A stretch of 64,000 nucleotides of DNA, taken from positions 128,001-192,000 of the forward strand of contig CAVWHO010000021.1 of assembly GCA_963754875.1 (NCBI GenBank), written 5' to 3'. The notes beneath the pieces are model-generated. The model was not told the origin of the DNA and did no database searches. It saw only the letters and a list, made by a program, of their open reading frames with translations. Position numbers and translations under genes: made by a program. This DNA is from Nitrospirota bacterium (GTDB lineage: Bacteria; Nitrospirota; UBA9217). Shown piece after piece: positions 10,078-20,677 of this stretch. The first letter of the stretch is position 1. Each line of letters begins with the position of its first letter.

Positions 10078-11167
10078 TCACACAGGGTCCGGAGATTGCT
10101 TCAACGCCGAACCGGAAATCCTTATGCTCTCTTGAAAGACTTCTTCCACCGAAATGGCTTCCATGCACGCAGGCCTCATGCGTGCCGACGGTTCGCATTC
10201 TGAAAAAAACTTCTGCCTGCACGGCGAACATGCCATGCCTTTGTAGATGACTTGAGCCCTTGTGCTCCAGGGGCCGAACTTAACGGGCGACTGCGGGCCG
10301 AAAAGCGCTACGAGCGGCGTATTGGCGGCGGCAGCCAGGTGCATAATACCGCTGTCGTTTCCCACAAACAAGGAGCACCGCTTTAAGAGCGCTATCGTGT
10401 TCGCGCAAGCTGCATTTCCCAACGAGATCGATATTACTGTCTCCGAATAATTGCTTTACCGAAGTAAATGCCCCGACGTCTCCCGGACCTCCCAGAATAA
10501 GAGTGCGGAAATTCCCCGCTTTTCCGAGCCTCGCTGCCAGCTCTGCATAGTTTTCCAGAGGCCAGCCGCGCTGCGTCACGGCGGAAAAAGGATGGATTGC
10601 GGCTATTCGGTCGGAGGAAGTAGCGCCGGCGTCAGCCAGTATGCGTGCAATGCGCTCCTCTTCTTCAGGACTCGTCCATATCTCGAGAAAATCATCTTTC
10701 ACGTTTATGCCGTCCGCCGTCAGGACAGCAAGGAAGTTTTTCACCTCATGGCGATCGTGCCGGTACGGGACCCTCGTCGTCAACAACAGTCCCCGTCCTT
10801 CGGTATCGAATCCTATTCTTTCTGAAGCGCCGCTCAGCCACGCGATGACGGCGCTCGAGAGCGAGCGTTTGAGAACGTAAACTTTATCGAAATGCCGATG
10901 CCGGAGGTCTTGGAGAAATACGATTTTCGCGGAAAGGGTGCGGTGGCTCCCCCTGCTGTCTGCATGAATGGTGAGGGGGTCCCAATAAATCATTTCGTCT
11001 ACGTAAGGGACCCCTTTCACGACTTCCGACGAACCGGGCGCAACCATCCAGGCAATATGCGCCTGCGGCTCGGCATGACGCAGATTCCGCAGAAACGGGA
11101 TTGTCAGCACCGTATCGCCGATAAACCGGTAGCGCATAACGAGAATGTTTTTCGGAGCCGGTTTCAT
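10078..11167 (-). CDS. waaF: LPS heptosyltransferase (GT9, WaaF-like); one apparent frameshift near 10400
   Basis: RFIGDTVLTIP N-terminal ORF 10280..11167 continues in ORF 10078..10422 with GNDSGIMHLAAA...LFGP. Confidence 0.82.
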
Positions 11168-11748
11168 TCCCCGCCTCTTCCGACCTGTTTGATGATCCAG
11201 TCAGCAGCTTCGCTGATGGTATGGGCGATGAAATCTGGATCAACGAGATGAGGGGCCGTACATTTCCTTCATCGAGCGGACCCGTAACCCGTCCTGACAA
11301 GAACGGAGTGCGCTCCCGCCCTCTGGCCGAGTTCCACGTCGCTCCATTTGTCCCCCACGACATAGGAATGTTTGACATCAATATTGAGATCGCGGGCAGC
11401 CCTGTCGATGAGGCCGGTCCCGGGCTTCCTGCAGTCGCAATCTCTGGTATAGTGCGAATTGCCCGCCGAAGGATGGTGGGGACAGTAGTAAATAGCGTCA
11501 AGCCGCGCTCCTTCGTCGCGCAGCATCTGTTCAAGCCGATCATGAATTTCCTGAAGCAGCGACTCGGAGAAATAGCCCCGGGCGATCCCTGATTGGTTTG
11601 TCACGAGGACGACCTTCATTCCAGAATCGTTTAATCGTTTGATCGCTGCGCCTGCCCCGGGGATCAAACGAAGATCTGCGAGATTGCGCAAATATCCCAC
11701 TTCTTCATTTATCGTACCGTCCCGGTCAAGAAAAACAGCCCTGTTCAT
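11164..11748 (-). CDS. gmhB: D,D-heptose 1,7-bisphosphate phosphatase; frameshifted near the 3' end
   Basis: FLDRDGTIN, VTNQSG, CPHHP, CDCRKP, VGD; the expected tail PDFIAHTISEAADWII lies in another frame ending at 11164. Confidence 0.92.
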
Positions 11749-12818
11749 ACGAGCCTCTCAAGAAATTGTTCCCACTCTTCCCGTTCCTGTATTGCAAGCT
11801 CAATACGAAGCGCCCATATGCCGTCGGCTTGCAGATCTGCGAACCGTACCATGTCCTTTTCCGTTGTGACGATCATGTTGACCCGTGCGTCAGCCGCCTT
11901 TTCGTAGATAGCGGCCAGGTCAGATTTCCGGTATTCATAATGATCGGGATAAGCGCTCTTGACCACGATGTTCGCGCCGAGCGAGCTGAGCAACGCTGTA
12001 AATGACGACGGTCGGGCAATACCCGAAAAAACGAAGGTTCGTGCTCCCCGTAATGCCGCAAGCGACTTTACATCGCCGGTGGAGCACTCTACCAGGTCGA
12101 TTGGTTGATGATAGGAGGTGAATATCGGTGCGGAAGTGATGCGCCTGATCTTCGTCCTCAGTTCTTCACTGTTCACTTTCTGGTCACTGCGGGTGATCAG
12201 TATTGCCTGGGCTCGCTTCAGCGCTGTGATCGGTTCGCGCAAAATTCCAGCAGGAAACAATTTTCCGTTGCCAAAGGGGTCTGTTGCGTCCACGAGAACG
12301 ATATCAACAGTTCTCCTGAGTCTGCGATGTTGAAAACCGTCATCAAGGACCACGATATTGGCGTGGAATTTCCTCAAGCCGTGCAAGGCGGCCTGATACC
12401 GGTCGCTCCCCACAAGAACGGGTATGCCGGGGAGCCTTGAAGCGATCAGGACGGGCTCGTCACCGCCCCTCCGGGCATTCACAAGCAGGGAGCGGCCATC
12501 CGAGACGGCCAGGACCTCTGATTCTTTTTTCCGTCCGTACCCGCGGCTGACCACCATGGGGTGCTTCTGGCTCCGGGCCAGGGATTTCGCCACGGAAATG
12601 ACCGCAGGCGTTTTCCCTGTGCCGCCAAGTGTTATGTTGCCGATGGAGATGACCGCACAGGGGAGTTTGTTGACCTTGAGCAGGTGGAGCCAATAAAACA
12701 GTGCGCGTATACGGACTACAACGCCATAAAGCAGAGAAAGGGCCGTGAGAACAGCGCCAAGCAGATGCGACTGTTTTCTGCCATACATCAGATCTTCGAC
12801 ATAGGATTTAGCGAGCAA
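11745..12818 (-). CDS. lpxK: tetraacyldisaccharide 4'-kinase
   Basis: VISIGNITLGGTGKTP, SRGY, GDEP, LDDGFQH, TTEKD. Confidence 0.95.
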   Translation of the reverse strand: MLAKSYVEDLMYGRKQSHLLGAVLTALSLLYGVVVRIRALFYWLHLLKVNKLPCAVISIGNITLGGTGKTPAVISVAKSLARSQKHPMVVSRGYGRKKESEVLAVSDGRSLLVNARRGGDEPVLIASRLPGIPVLVGSDRYQAALHGLRKFHANIVVLDDGFQHRRLRRTVDIVLVDATDPFGNGKLFPAGILREPITALKRAQAILITRSDQKVNSEELRTKIRRITSAPIFTSYHQPIDLVECSTGDVKSLAALRGARTFVFSGIARPSSFTALLSSLGANIVVKSAYPDHYEYRKSDLAAIYEKAADARVNMIVTTEKDMVRFADLQADGIWALRIELAIQEREEWEQFLERLV

Positions 12819-14072
12819 CGATCAACCTGCCGATGGCGTCGATGGTCTTCTTTGCAGCGCCCGAGTTGGCCTCGATTACCCTGAAGGCGCACTCACCCAA
12901 GTGCCGGGCCCTTTCCTGGTCGGACAGAAGAGCATCCAGTTGTGCATGCAGTTCGTTCTTGTCTTTTACCATGATGCCGCCGCCTGATGACATGAGCGCT
13001 TCCGAGATTTCCTTGAAGTTGAACATATACCGGCTGAAGATAACGGGCTTTTTCACTGCTGCGGGTTCAAGCAGGTTGTGTCCGCCTACCTTGACAAGGC
13101 TGCCGCCGACAAAGGCGATGTCGCAGATGGCGTAGAACGTCCGCAGCTCGCCGATCGTATCGAGGAGCAGCACATCTTTGATCGGCCCGCCTAAACGGGT
13201 CCTCCTCTGGCATTCGTAACCGGCGCTGTTGATGATGCCTTCGACTTCATCGAACCGTTCCGGATGACGCGGCGCGATAATAAGCATGAGCGTCGGATAC
13301 TTTTCGCGCAGCCGGGTGAAAATCTCGAGCAGGACCGCTTCTTCTCCGCGGTGGGTGCTTCCCGCGGTAATGACTTTTTTGCCGGCAGGAATCGTTACCG
13401 GGTTGGGCTGTGCCACCGGTATTTTCTGGTCGAACTTCAGATTGCCGGTGACAGAAACCTTTTCCGGAGCAGCGCCGATTTCCTTGATCCTCAGGGCATC
13501 CTCTTCGGACTGCATGCAGAACAGGGTGATGTGGTCGAACACCGACGTTGAAAAATTTCCTGAACTTCATATAGTTCTTGTAGGAATGAGGCGATATCCT
13601 GCCATTGATCACGAGCAGAGGGTATCCCCGCCCGCTTCAACTCCCGGAAAAAATTCGGCCAGAGTTCCGTTTCAGCGATCAACACGATCTCGGGATTGAT
13701 GCCGGTGATGACCTTTCGTACGATACAGGGGTAGTCGAAAGGAAAATAGAAGACCGCATCCGCCTCAGGCACCCTGCGTCGGGCAGTGTAATGGCCGGTA
13801 ACCGTGACCGTGGAGAGGATGAGTTTTCGTTGGGGATATTTTTTCTTAAGTTCGCGAATGAGCGGGTGAGCAGCCATCACTTCCCCGACGGACACGGCAT
13901 GCACCCATATGGGGCGGGTGCCTTTGATCACTCTCATGACGCTCTTGCGAAGACGGCCGAGCTTCTGGGTGAGGCCGCCCCGATACTTGGGCACGGTTAT
14001 CAGTTTGAAGAGGATCAAGGGCGACAGAACAATGGTCGCCAGGACTAGAAATATATTGTAGAGGATATACAT
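12808..14072 (-). CDS. waaA: Kdo transferase; frameshifted around 13540-13615
   Basis: IWVHAVSVGE, PFD, ETELWPN in 13491..14072; GNLKFD, AGSTH, APRHPERF, GGHNLLEP in 12808..13542. Confidence 0.93.
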
Positions 14073-14081
14073 ACATTTACC

Positions 14082-14729
14082 TCATGATTGAGCTTTGAAG
14101 TAACCGTCGGCCTGGGCCATGAGTCTATTCAATGCTGCTTCCAATTCTTGCCGTTTAGCTTCAAGGTGGTCCTCGGAGGTCCCCGAAACCGTTATCGGCT
14201 CCCCGTAGACGACGACACCGGTCGTAAACGGCATGGGGAGCAGATACTTGTCCCAGATCTTTTCTAGGATCCAGTAACGTTTAGCGCTGGCGATTACCGG
14301 TACGATCGGCTTGTTCAGTTTTCCCGCCAGATAAGCGATGCCCTGTTTCACCTCGTAGATCGGACCGCGCGGGCCATCAACGGCAAGCGCGACATTTTTG
14401 CCCTTTCTCAGGCCGTCAACCATACCGAGGAGAGCGCGATCGCCCTTCCGCTTGCTCGACCCCCTGACCACTTCGAACCCAAAGCGCCTGAGTATCCCCG
14501 CCTGGATCTCGCCATCGCGGCTTTCACTGGCAGGAATGATGACACCCGAATCGCGATGACTGTGGAACAGCAGAAATTGTCTTCCATGCCAGAATGCATA
14601 TATGATGTTTTTCCCCTCCGATATAAACCGTCCAGGTATTTCCCTGTTCACGAATCGTAGCCGTATCGTCCGGCTCCACGCGGAAAGGATGATCCAACCG
14701 ATGAACGACAAGAGCTGAGCACGGAACAC
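14082..14729 (-). CDS. DUF374 lysophospholipid acyltransferase family (LpxJ-like late lipid A acyltransferase)
   Basis: AFWHGRQ, SESRDGE, VRGSS, AVDGPRGP motifs; lies between msbA and waaA. Confidence 0.8.
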   Translation of the reverse strand: MFRAQLLSFIGWIILSAWSRTIRLRFVNREIPGRFISEGKNIIYAFWHGRQFLLFHSHRDSGVIIPASESRDGEIQAGILRRFGFEVVRGSSKRKGDRALLGMVDGLRKGKNVALAVDGPRGPIYEVKQGIAYLAGKLNKPIVPVIASAKRYWILEKIWDKYLLPMPFTTGVVVYGEPITVSGTSEDHLEAKRQELEAALNRLMAQADGYFKAQS

Positions 14730-16468
14730 TACAAGGCCCTCGCTGATGTCTCATCGCGGAATTGCTGCTCGTACAAGCCTGTGTATTCACCGCCGAGGGA
14801 CAATAACTCCTCGTGCCTGCCCTGTTCAACGATCCTGCCGTCCTTGAGTACAATGATTCGGTCTGCGTTCATGATGGTCGAGAGCCGGTGCGCGATCACG
14901 AAGCTCGTCCTGCCCTGCATGAGCGTGTCGAGGGCCCTTTGCACTTCCCGTTCAGACTGCGTATCGAGGGACGACGTCGCCTCATCGAGAATGAGGATCG
15001 GCGCGTCCTTGAGCAGAGCACGCGCGATCGCGATGCGCTGGCGCTGACCGCCCGATAGCTTGACGCCGGACTCGCCGATGACGGTCTCGTATCCCTGGGG
15101 AAGCGCCTGGATGAATTCGTCGGCATACGCGGACCGGGCGGCGCGGACCACATAGTCGAAGGACAGCGCTGCATTGCCGTAAGCAATGTTGTCTTTTACC
15201 GTATCATTGAACAGGAAGGTCTGCTGGGTGACGATGGCCATAAGGGATCTGAGCGATTCGATCGACACGTCCCTGATATCCCGGCCGTCGATGCTGATCG
15301 CCCCCCTCGTTACATCGTAAAACCGCGGGATGAGGTTCGCAAACGTCGTTTTTCCCCCGCCGCTCTTTCCCACGATCGCCACGGTTTCCCCTGCCCTGAC
15401 GGTGAGGTTCACATCCTTCAGCACGAGTTTATCTTCGTACTTGAACGATAGGTTCTTGAATTCGATGGTCTTGAAATCCCGGGGCGCGGCGACGGCGCCT
15501 GCGCGGTTCTTGATCTCCGGCACCGTGTCCAATACCTCGAAGATCCGTTTGGCTGCGGCCACGCCGTCCTGGACCGTGCTGTTCACGCTGTTCAGGTCCT
15601 TGATCGGACGGTACAGGAAATACAATGCCGCCATAAAAGAAAAGAATTCTCCCACCGTCATACGGCCCTGGATGATCCAGTAGCCGCCGACAAAAATGAC
15701 CATCGCGATCCCGAAGGTGTTGATCACCTCCATGATCGGAGATGAGATCGCGCTCGTCTTGATGGCGCGCATGAGCGAATTGAAAAGGCCGTCGTTCCGC
15801 TCCGCAAACCTCTTGTTTTCGTAGGGCTCCATGCCGAAGGCCTTTACGATGCGTATCCCGGCTATGGTCTCATGCAAGTGCGTGGTCAGGTCGCCGTACT
15901 GCTCCTGCGTTTGCGTGCTCGCCCGCCTGAACCTCCGGCTGAATTTCGAAAGCGCAACGCCGAGCAGCGGGAGGACCAGCACCGAGAAGGCGGCGAGGCG
16001 CCAGTCCTTGTAAATGACGTAGACGGTCAGGGCGGCCATGGTAAAGAACCCCTGCACGAGGCTCGAAGGGGCCCTTGTCAATGCACCCTGAACGAGGTTC
16101 GCGTCGTTGATGATCCGCGAGATAAGCACGCCGGTCGGTGTTTTGGTATAGTATGAAAAGGACAGAGACGTCAGGTGCATGTAGAGCTCATCCCGAATGT
16201 CGTTCACAATCCTCTGGCCGATGTATCCCAACATATAGTCCCGGGCGTACGACGCGGCCCCTTTGAGGATGACCACGACAACGATCGCAGGCGGCAGAAA
16301 AAGCAGGAGCTTCAGGTTCTTGTTCAGGAAAACGTTGTCGAGGACCGGCTGCACGAGGTAGGCTTGCAGAGCGATTAAAGCGCTTGTCAGGCCCATGAAA
16401 ACAGCGGACCATGCAAGACGGGCTTTATAAGGCCTGAGATAGATTAAAAGTCTTTTATAGATTTCCAT
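14729..16468 (-). CDS. msbA: lipid A flippase ABC transporter
   Basis: TMD plus NBD (GKSGGGKT, LSGGQRQR, ILILDEATS) directly after lpxB. Confidence 0.92.
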   Translation of the reverse strand: MEIYKRLLIYLRPYKARLAWSAVFMGLTSALIALQAYLVQPVLDNVFLNKNLKLLLFLPPAIVVVVILKGAASYARDYMLGYIGQRIVNDIRDELYMHLTSLSFSYYTKTPTGVLISRIINDANLVQGALTRAPSSLVQGFFTMAALTVYVIYKDWRLAAFSVLVLPLLGVALSKFSRRFRRASTQTQEQYGDLTTHLHETIAGIRIVKAFGMEPYENKRFAERNDGLFNSLMRAIKTSAISSPIMEVINTFGIAMVIFVGGYWIIQGRMTVGEFFSFMAALYFLYRPIKDLNSVNSTVQDGVAAAKRIFEVLDTVPEIKNRAGAVAAPRDFKTIEFKNLSFKYEDKLVLKDVNLTVRAGETVAIVGKSGGGKTTFANLIPRFYDVTRGAISIDGRDIRDVSIESLRSLMAIVTQQTFLFNDTVKDNIAYGNAALSFDYVVRAARSAYADEFIQALPQGYETVIGESGVKLSGGQRQRIAIARALLKDAPILILDEATSSLDTQSEREVQRALDTLMQGRTSFVIAHRLSTIMNADRIIVLKDGRIVEQGRHEELLSLGGEYTGLYEQQFRDETSARAL

Positions 16469-16475
16469 AGTATGT

Positions 16476-17648
16476 TCACCCGGCCTGCGCCAGAAGTTCC
16501 CCAACCACCGAGGCGGCCCGCTTGGAAGCGCCGGCTTCTCCTAATCGAGTTTTGACGTCAGCGAGGCCGGCCCGAATCCGGTTAGAGTAAGCCGGATCGT
16601 TCAGCATCGACGTAAGGGCATCGGCCATGTTTTCCGGGGTCGAATTTTTCTGGACAAGTTCAGGGACGATCCTCTTGCCAGCCACGATGTTTACGAGACC
16701 GACGTTCTGAACCCCCCGCACGAGCTTGGTAAGGATAAAATAATTGAGCGCCGATATTTTATAGACGATTGCCATGGGAACCGCCATGAGCCCCGCTTCG
16801 AGTGTGGCCGTCCCGGACGCGACAAGGGCTGCCTCCGATGCTTTGAGGACGTCGTATACTCTCCCATCTACTATTCGTACCGGAACGCCGTCTTGATCGA
16901 TGAAAGCGCTGACGAAACCGTGGCCCAGCGTCGGAGCAACGGGAAGAACGAACTGCAAATCTGAAAACCGGGACGAGAGGATCCGCGCCGCTTTCAGCAT
17001 GTCGGGCAGCAGGTGGATGATTTCGGACTTCCTGCTCCCCGGCAGCAACGCGACGGTCCTTCGGCCTAAATCGAGACCGAGATCGTTCTTCGCCTGTTCC
17101 TTCGTCAGGTCCGATTTTACGACGTCCGCCAGAGGATGCCCGACGAATCGGACGTCGACTCCTGCTTTCTCGTAGATCGGCACCTCGAAGGGAAAGACGA
17201 CGATCATGGCCTTCACCAGTCGGGCAAGGGTCTTGATCCTGCCCTTGCGCCATACCCATATCTGCGGACTGATGTAATACAGTACCGGAATCCCCAATTT
17301 GCGGGCAGCCTTCCCGAGAATGATGTTGAAGTCCGGGAAATCGATCAGGACGAGGAGATCGGGCCGTTCGTCTCTCAAGAACCGTTTGAGCTTCGCATAC
17401 ACCCGGTAAATGGCACCGATGTGGGTCAGCACTGCGGTGATCCCGACGACCGAGATTTCCGAGGCATCGGCCAGCATTTGAACGCCGGCCTCTTTCATCC
17501 GGACGCTGCCCACGCCGTACAGGGCTATCGACGGGTCCTGGTTTCGGATCTCCCGCGCAAGGTTTGCACCATGAAGGTCCCCGGACGCTTCACCGGACAT
17601 GATCATGACCTTCTTCATACCGCTCTTATAATCCCTTGCTCCTGACAT
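16476..17648 (-). CDS. lpxB: lipid-A-disaccharide synthase
   Basis: GEASGDLHGA, IDFPDFN, YISPQIW, LLPGSR, SGTATLE. Confidence 0.96.
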   Translation of the reverse strand: MSGARDYKSGMKKVMIMSGEASGDLHGANLAREIRNQDPSIALYGVGSVRMKEAGVQMLADASEISVVGITAVLTHIGAIYRVYAKLKRFLRDERPDLLVLIDFPDFNIILGKAARKLGIPVLYYISPQIWVWRKGRIKTLARLVKAMIVVFPFEVPIYEKAGVDVRFVGHPLADVVKSDLTKEQAKNDLGLDLGRRTVALLPGSRKSEIIHLLPDMLKAARILSSRFSDLQFVLPVAPTLGHGFVSAFIDQDGVPVRIVDGRVYDVLKASEAALVASGTATLEAGLMAVPMAIVYKISALNYFILTKLVRGVQNVGLVNIVAGKRIVPELVQKNSTPENMADALTSMLNDPAYSNRIRAGLADVKTRLGEAGASKRAASVVGELLAQAG

Positions 17649-17660
17649 CAGATTCCGGTT

Positions 17661-18762
17661 TTAGAGTTCTTTCTTGACCGCATCAGTCACCTGCTTGATC
17701 TGATCCTCCGTCAATTCGGGATACATGGGAAGCGACAATACTTCCCGCGCGGCCTGCTCCGCAATTGGCAGGCTCCCGGGTTTCATACCGAGGTCGTTAT
17801 ATGCTGTTTGCAGGTGGAGCGGAACAGGATAGTAGATCATGGACGAGGTAACTTTCCCCTCGTCAAGTTTCCGTTTTACGACGTCCCTGTTTTTGACCCT
17901 GATCGTATACTGATGAAAGACGTGCTTTGCGCCCTTCAGCTCAGTCGGCAATTGGATTTCCGGTACGGAAAGGTATTTGGCGTATAGGGCTGCATTGGCG
18001 TTGCGCTTTGTATTGTACTCGTCAATATGCCTGAACTTTGATCCTCAGGATAGCTGCCTGGATTTCGTCAAGCCTGCTGTTGAACCCGATTTCGTCGTGA
18101 TAGTAACGGACGTGGCTTCCATGGTTCCGGAGACTCAGCAGATGCTCTGCAAGTTTCGAATCATCGGTTATCACCATGCCGCCGTCGCCGTAACAGCCCA
18201 GGTTTTTGCTCGGGAAAAAACTGAAACATCCGATGTCGCCGAATGTCCCGGTCTTTGTTCCTTTGTATTCTGCGCCGAAAGACTGGGCGCAGTCCTCGAC
18301 GACCCTTATCTTGTGTTTCTTCGCGATCTCCATGAGTCCGTCCATGTCAACGGAATGGCCGTACAAGTGGACCGGAATAATCGCTTTCGTTCTCCTTGTA
18401 ATTGCCGCTTCGATCTTCGCAACGTCCATATTGAACGTATCGGGACGGATGTCCACGAACACCGGCACGGCGCCGATATACGAAATGGCTTCAGCGGTTG
18501 CGATAAACGTGAACGGCGTGGTAATCACTTCGTCGCCGCGTTTGATGCCCGCGGCAAGCAGGGCGAGGTGCAGAGCGTCCGTTCCCGAAGCCACAGCCAC
18601 GGCATGCTTCACCTTGTGATAACGGGCCACTTCCTCTTCGAACGCCTTGCCGTGAGGCCCGAGGATAAAATTGGTGCTTTGCAGAACACCAAGGACTGCA
18701 CTGTTAATTTCGTCCTGGATCGCTTCGTACTGGATCTTCAGGTCAACCATGGGTATCGACAT
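17661..18762 (-). CDS. gnnB: DegT/DnrJ PLP aminotransferase, probable GnnB; frameshift near 18030
   Basis: SGTDAL, EDCAQS, SFFPSKNLG, NSRLDEIQAA; C-terminus (HVFHQYT, YYPVPLH, LSLPMYPEL) in ORF 17661..17951. The name rests on position between lpxA/lpxI and lpxB. Confidence 0.75.
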
Positions 18763-18817
18763 GCGTAGATAACTCCCTTTACATTTTCATTGATTGGGTT
18801 AATAGTACTATTCCCCG

Positions 18818-19789
18818 TCATATTACTTTATCGGGACAAAACCCGTAATTTTTTTTTGTGATCGTATCGGTGATCATTCCGGCAAGGGCGAGTGCACGCC
18901 GTCCGTCGCCGCCTGACACCAGAGGCCTTTCCCCGGATTGAACACTCCGTACGAAAGCATAAATTTCTTCGTTCAGCGTATCGCAGCGGTCCACAGAGAT
19001 GTCCTGGACTTCCAGTTCGGGAATCGCACCGCTTCCCCTGCGTGATACCGTCGCTTTCTGGGTCTGGTAGTCGGAAGCATACACGCCCTCGCTGTCGAAC
19101 ACACGGAGGATGCGCTTTTTTTCGTCTGATACCCTGCTTGCAGTAATATCTGCAACGCAGCCGTTCTGGAATACGATACGGGCAGTCGCAATATCGATCT
19201 CCGGAGTTATGACCGATGCGCCTGCTGCGCACAGTTCCTTCGGCTCTGAGCCGGCAAGGTCGGCGACGATATCGAGGTCATGGATCATGAGGTCCAGCAC
19301 TACATTCACGTCCGTGCAGCGAACGGTAAAGGGAGCGGCCCGCTCCGCCGTCATGTATCGCGGCGAGGAGATTCTGGACCTGATCGCGGCGACCGCGGGG
19401 TTGAACCGCTCGATATGTCCGACCTGAAGCACCAGCCCTTTGCGGGACGCAAGCCTGATAAGTTCATCAGCCTGATCGAGCGTGACGGTCATGGGTTTCT
19501 CGAGCAGGATATGGGTCCCTTGTTCGAGGAACAACTTTGCCACGCCGTAATGGAGCACGGTAGGCACGACGATGCTCACCGCATCGACCTGTCCCAGCAA
19601 TTCTTTGGGGTCATTGAAAGCACGGGTGTTCAGTTTTTTTGCGATCTCTGCGCAACGGCCGTGATCTGCATCAACGACACCGACAAGCGAGACATCCGGA
19701 TGTACGGCGTACTTTTCAGCATGAAACCGGCCAAGATACCCGACACCGATGATGCCGACTTTTACCTTACCCATTCGCTCGGTTCTCAC
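18818..19789 (-). CDS. gnnA: Gfo/Idh/MocA oxidoreductase, probable GnnA
   Basis: GIIGVGYLG, EKP, QVGHIERFNP, DLMIHDLD; position inside the lpx operon. Confidence 0.75.
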   Translation of the reverse strand: MRTERMGKVKVGIIGVGYLGRFHAEKYAVHPDVSLVGVVDADHGRCAEIAKKLNTRAFNDPKELLGQVDAVSIVVPTVLHYGVAKLFLEQGTHILLEKPMTVTLDQADELIRLASRKGLVLQVGHIERFNPAVAAIRSRISSPRYMTAERAAPFTVRCTDVNVVLDLMIHDLDIVADLAGSEPKELCAAGASVITPEIDIATARIVFQNGCVADITASRVSDEKKRILRVFDSEGVYASDYQTQKATVSRRGSGAIPELEVQDISVDRCDTLNEEIYAFVRSVQSGERPLVSGGDGRRALALAGMITDTITKKNYGFCPDKVI

Positions 19790-20595
19790 TGGTTGGCAAC
19801 AGCGACAATAGCAATCCCTGACCGGTCCGCCTCTGCCGCAATCGCTTTTTGATCAAAAATGATGGTCTTTCCCGCCTCAATAGCCAGGCAGCTCGCTTTC
19901 ACTTCCTGCATCGTTTGAATGGTCTGCATCCCGACCGCAGGCAGATCGAACCGCAGGTCCTGCTGCGGTTTGCATATTTTTACGACGACCGCGCCCTGGC
20001 CGCAGAGACGTCCTCCGCGGCGGATGGCCTCGTCAGTCCCTTCTATTGCTTCCACGGCAAGTATGGCCTGGTCTTTCACGACAACGGTCTGGCCAATGTC
20101 CAGTTTGCCGATCTCCTTGGCCATATGCCAGCCGAACTCAATATCTTTCTGCTCATCCTTGGACGGTTTTCTCTTGGTCAAGACACCTGCGGACGTCAGC
20201 AGATTGTCGAGATAGAGCGTTGATTCACGAACGGTAATGCCCTCCGACTCCAGTTCCGCTGCCACGGCGCGGAGAATCGAATCGTCCTTTTTATAGAGCA
20301 TCCTGGCGAGAAGCGCTGCCCCGCGCAGGTCCGGCATCCCACCCTGAAACAGGCGGGTTTTTTTGATCCCGCCTGCCATTAAAACGTCGTGAACGCCTTG
20401 CTCCTTGAATACGGAAATGAGTTTGCCGAGCTGCCCGACCTTGATCCAGAAGATGTCGTCAACCCACTGTGCAAGCTCCGGAAGCGTTTCTCCTTCGTGG
20501 GCCACAGCGATGACCTGCAGCCCCTTCTCCTTTGCCGCACGCGCAAAAGCAATAGGAAATGTTCCGTTTCCGGCGATGAGACCAATCTTGTTCAT
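19786..20595 (-). CDS. lpxI: UDP-2,3-diacylglucosamine pyrophosphatase LpxI
   Basis: IGLIAGNGTFP, LDIGQTVVV, AVEAIEGTD, QDLRFDLPAVG. Confidence 0.92.
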   Translation of the reverse strand: MNKIGLIAGNGTFPIAFARAAKEKGLQVIAVAHEGETLPELAQWVDDIFWIKVGQLGKLISVFKEQGVHDVLMAGGIKKTRLFQGGMPDLRGAALLARMLYKKDDSILRAVAAELESEGITVRESTLYLDNLLTSAGVLTKRKPSKDEQKDIEFGWHMAKEIGKLDIGQTVVVKDQAILAVEAIEGTDEAIRRGGRLCGQGAVVVKICKPQQDLRFDLPAVGMQTIQTMQEVKASCLAIEAGKTIIFDQKAIAAEADRSGIAIVAVANQ

Positions 20596-20677
20596 ACCAT
20601 ACCGTTCCGGATTTCGAACATGACTGCCGCCTAACTTCTCCCCCGGCATTTCGCATTCCGTAACCCGCCTTGCACTC

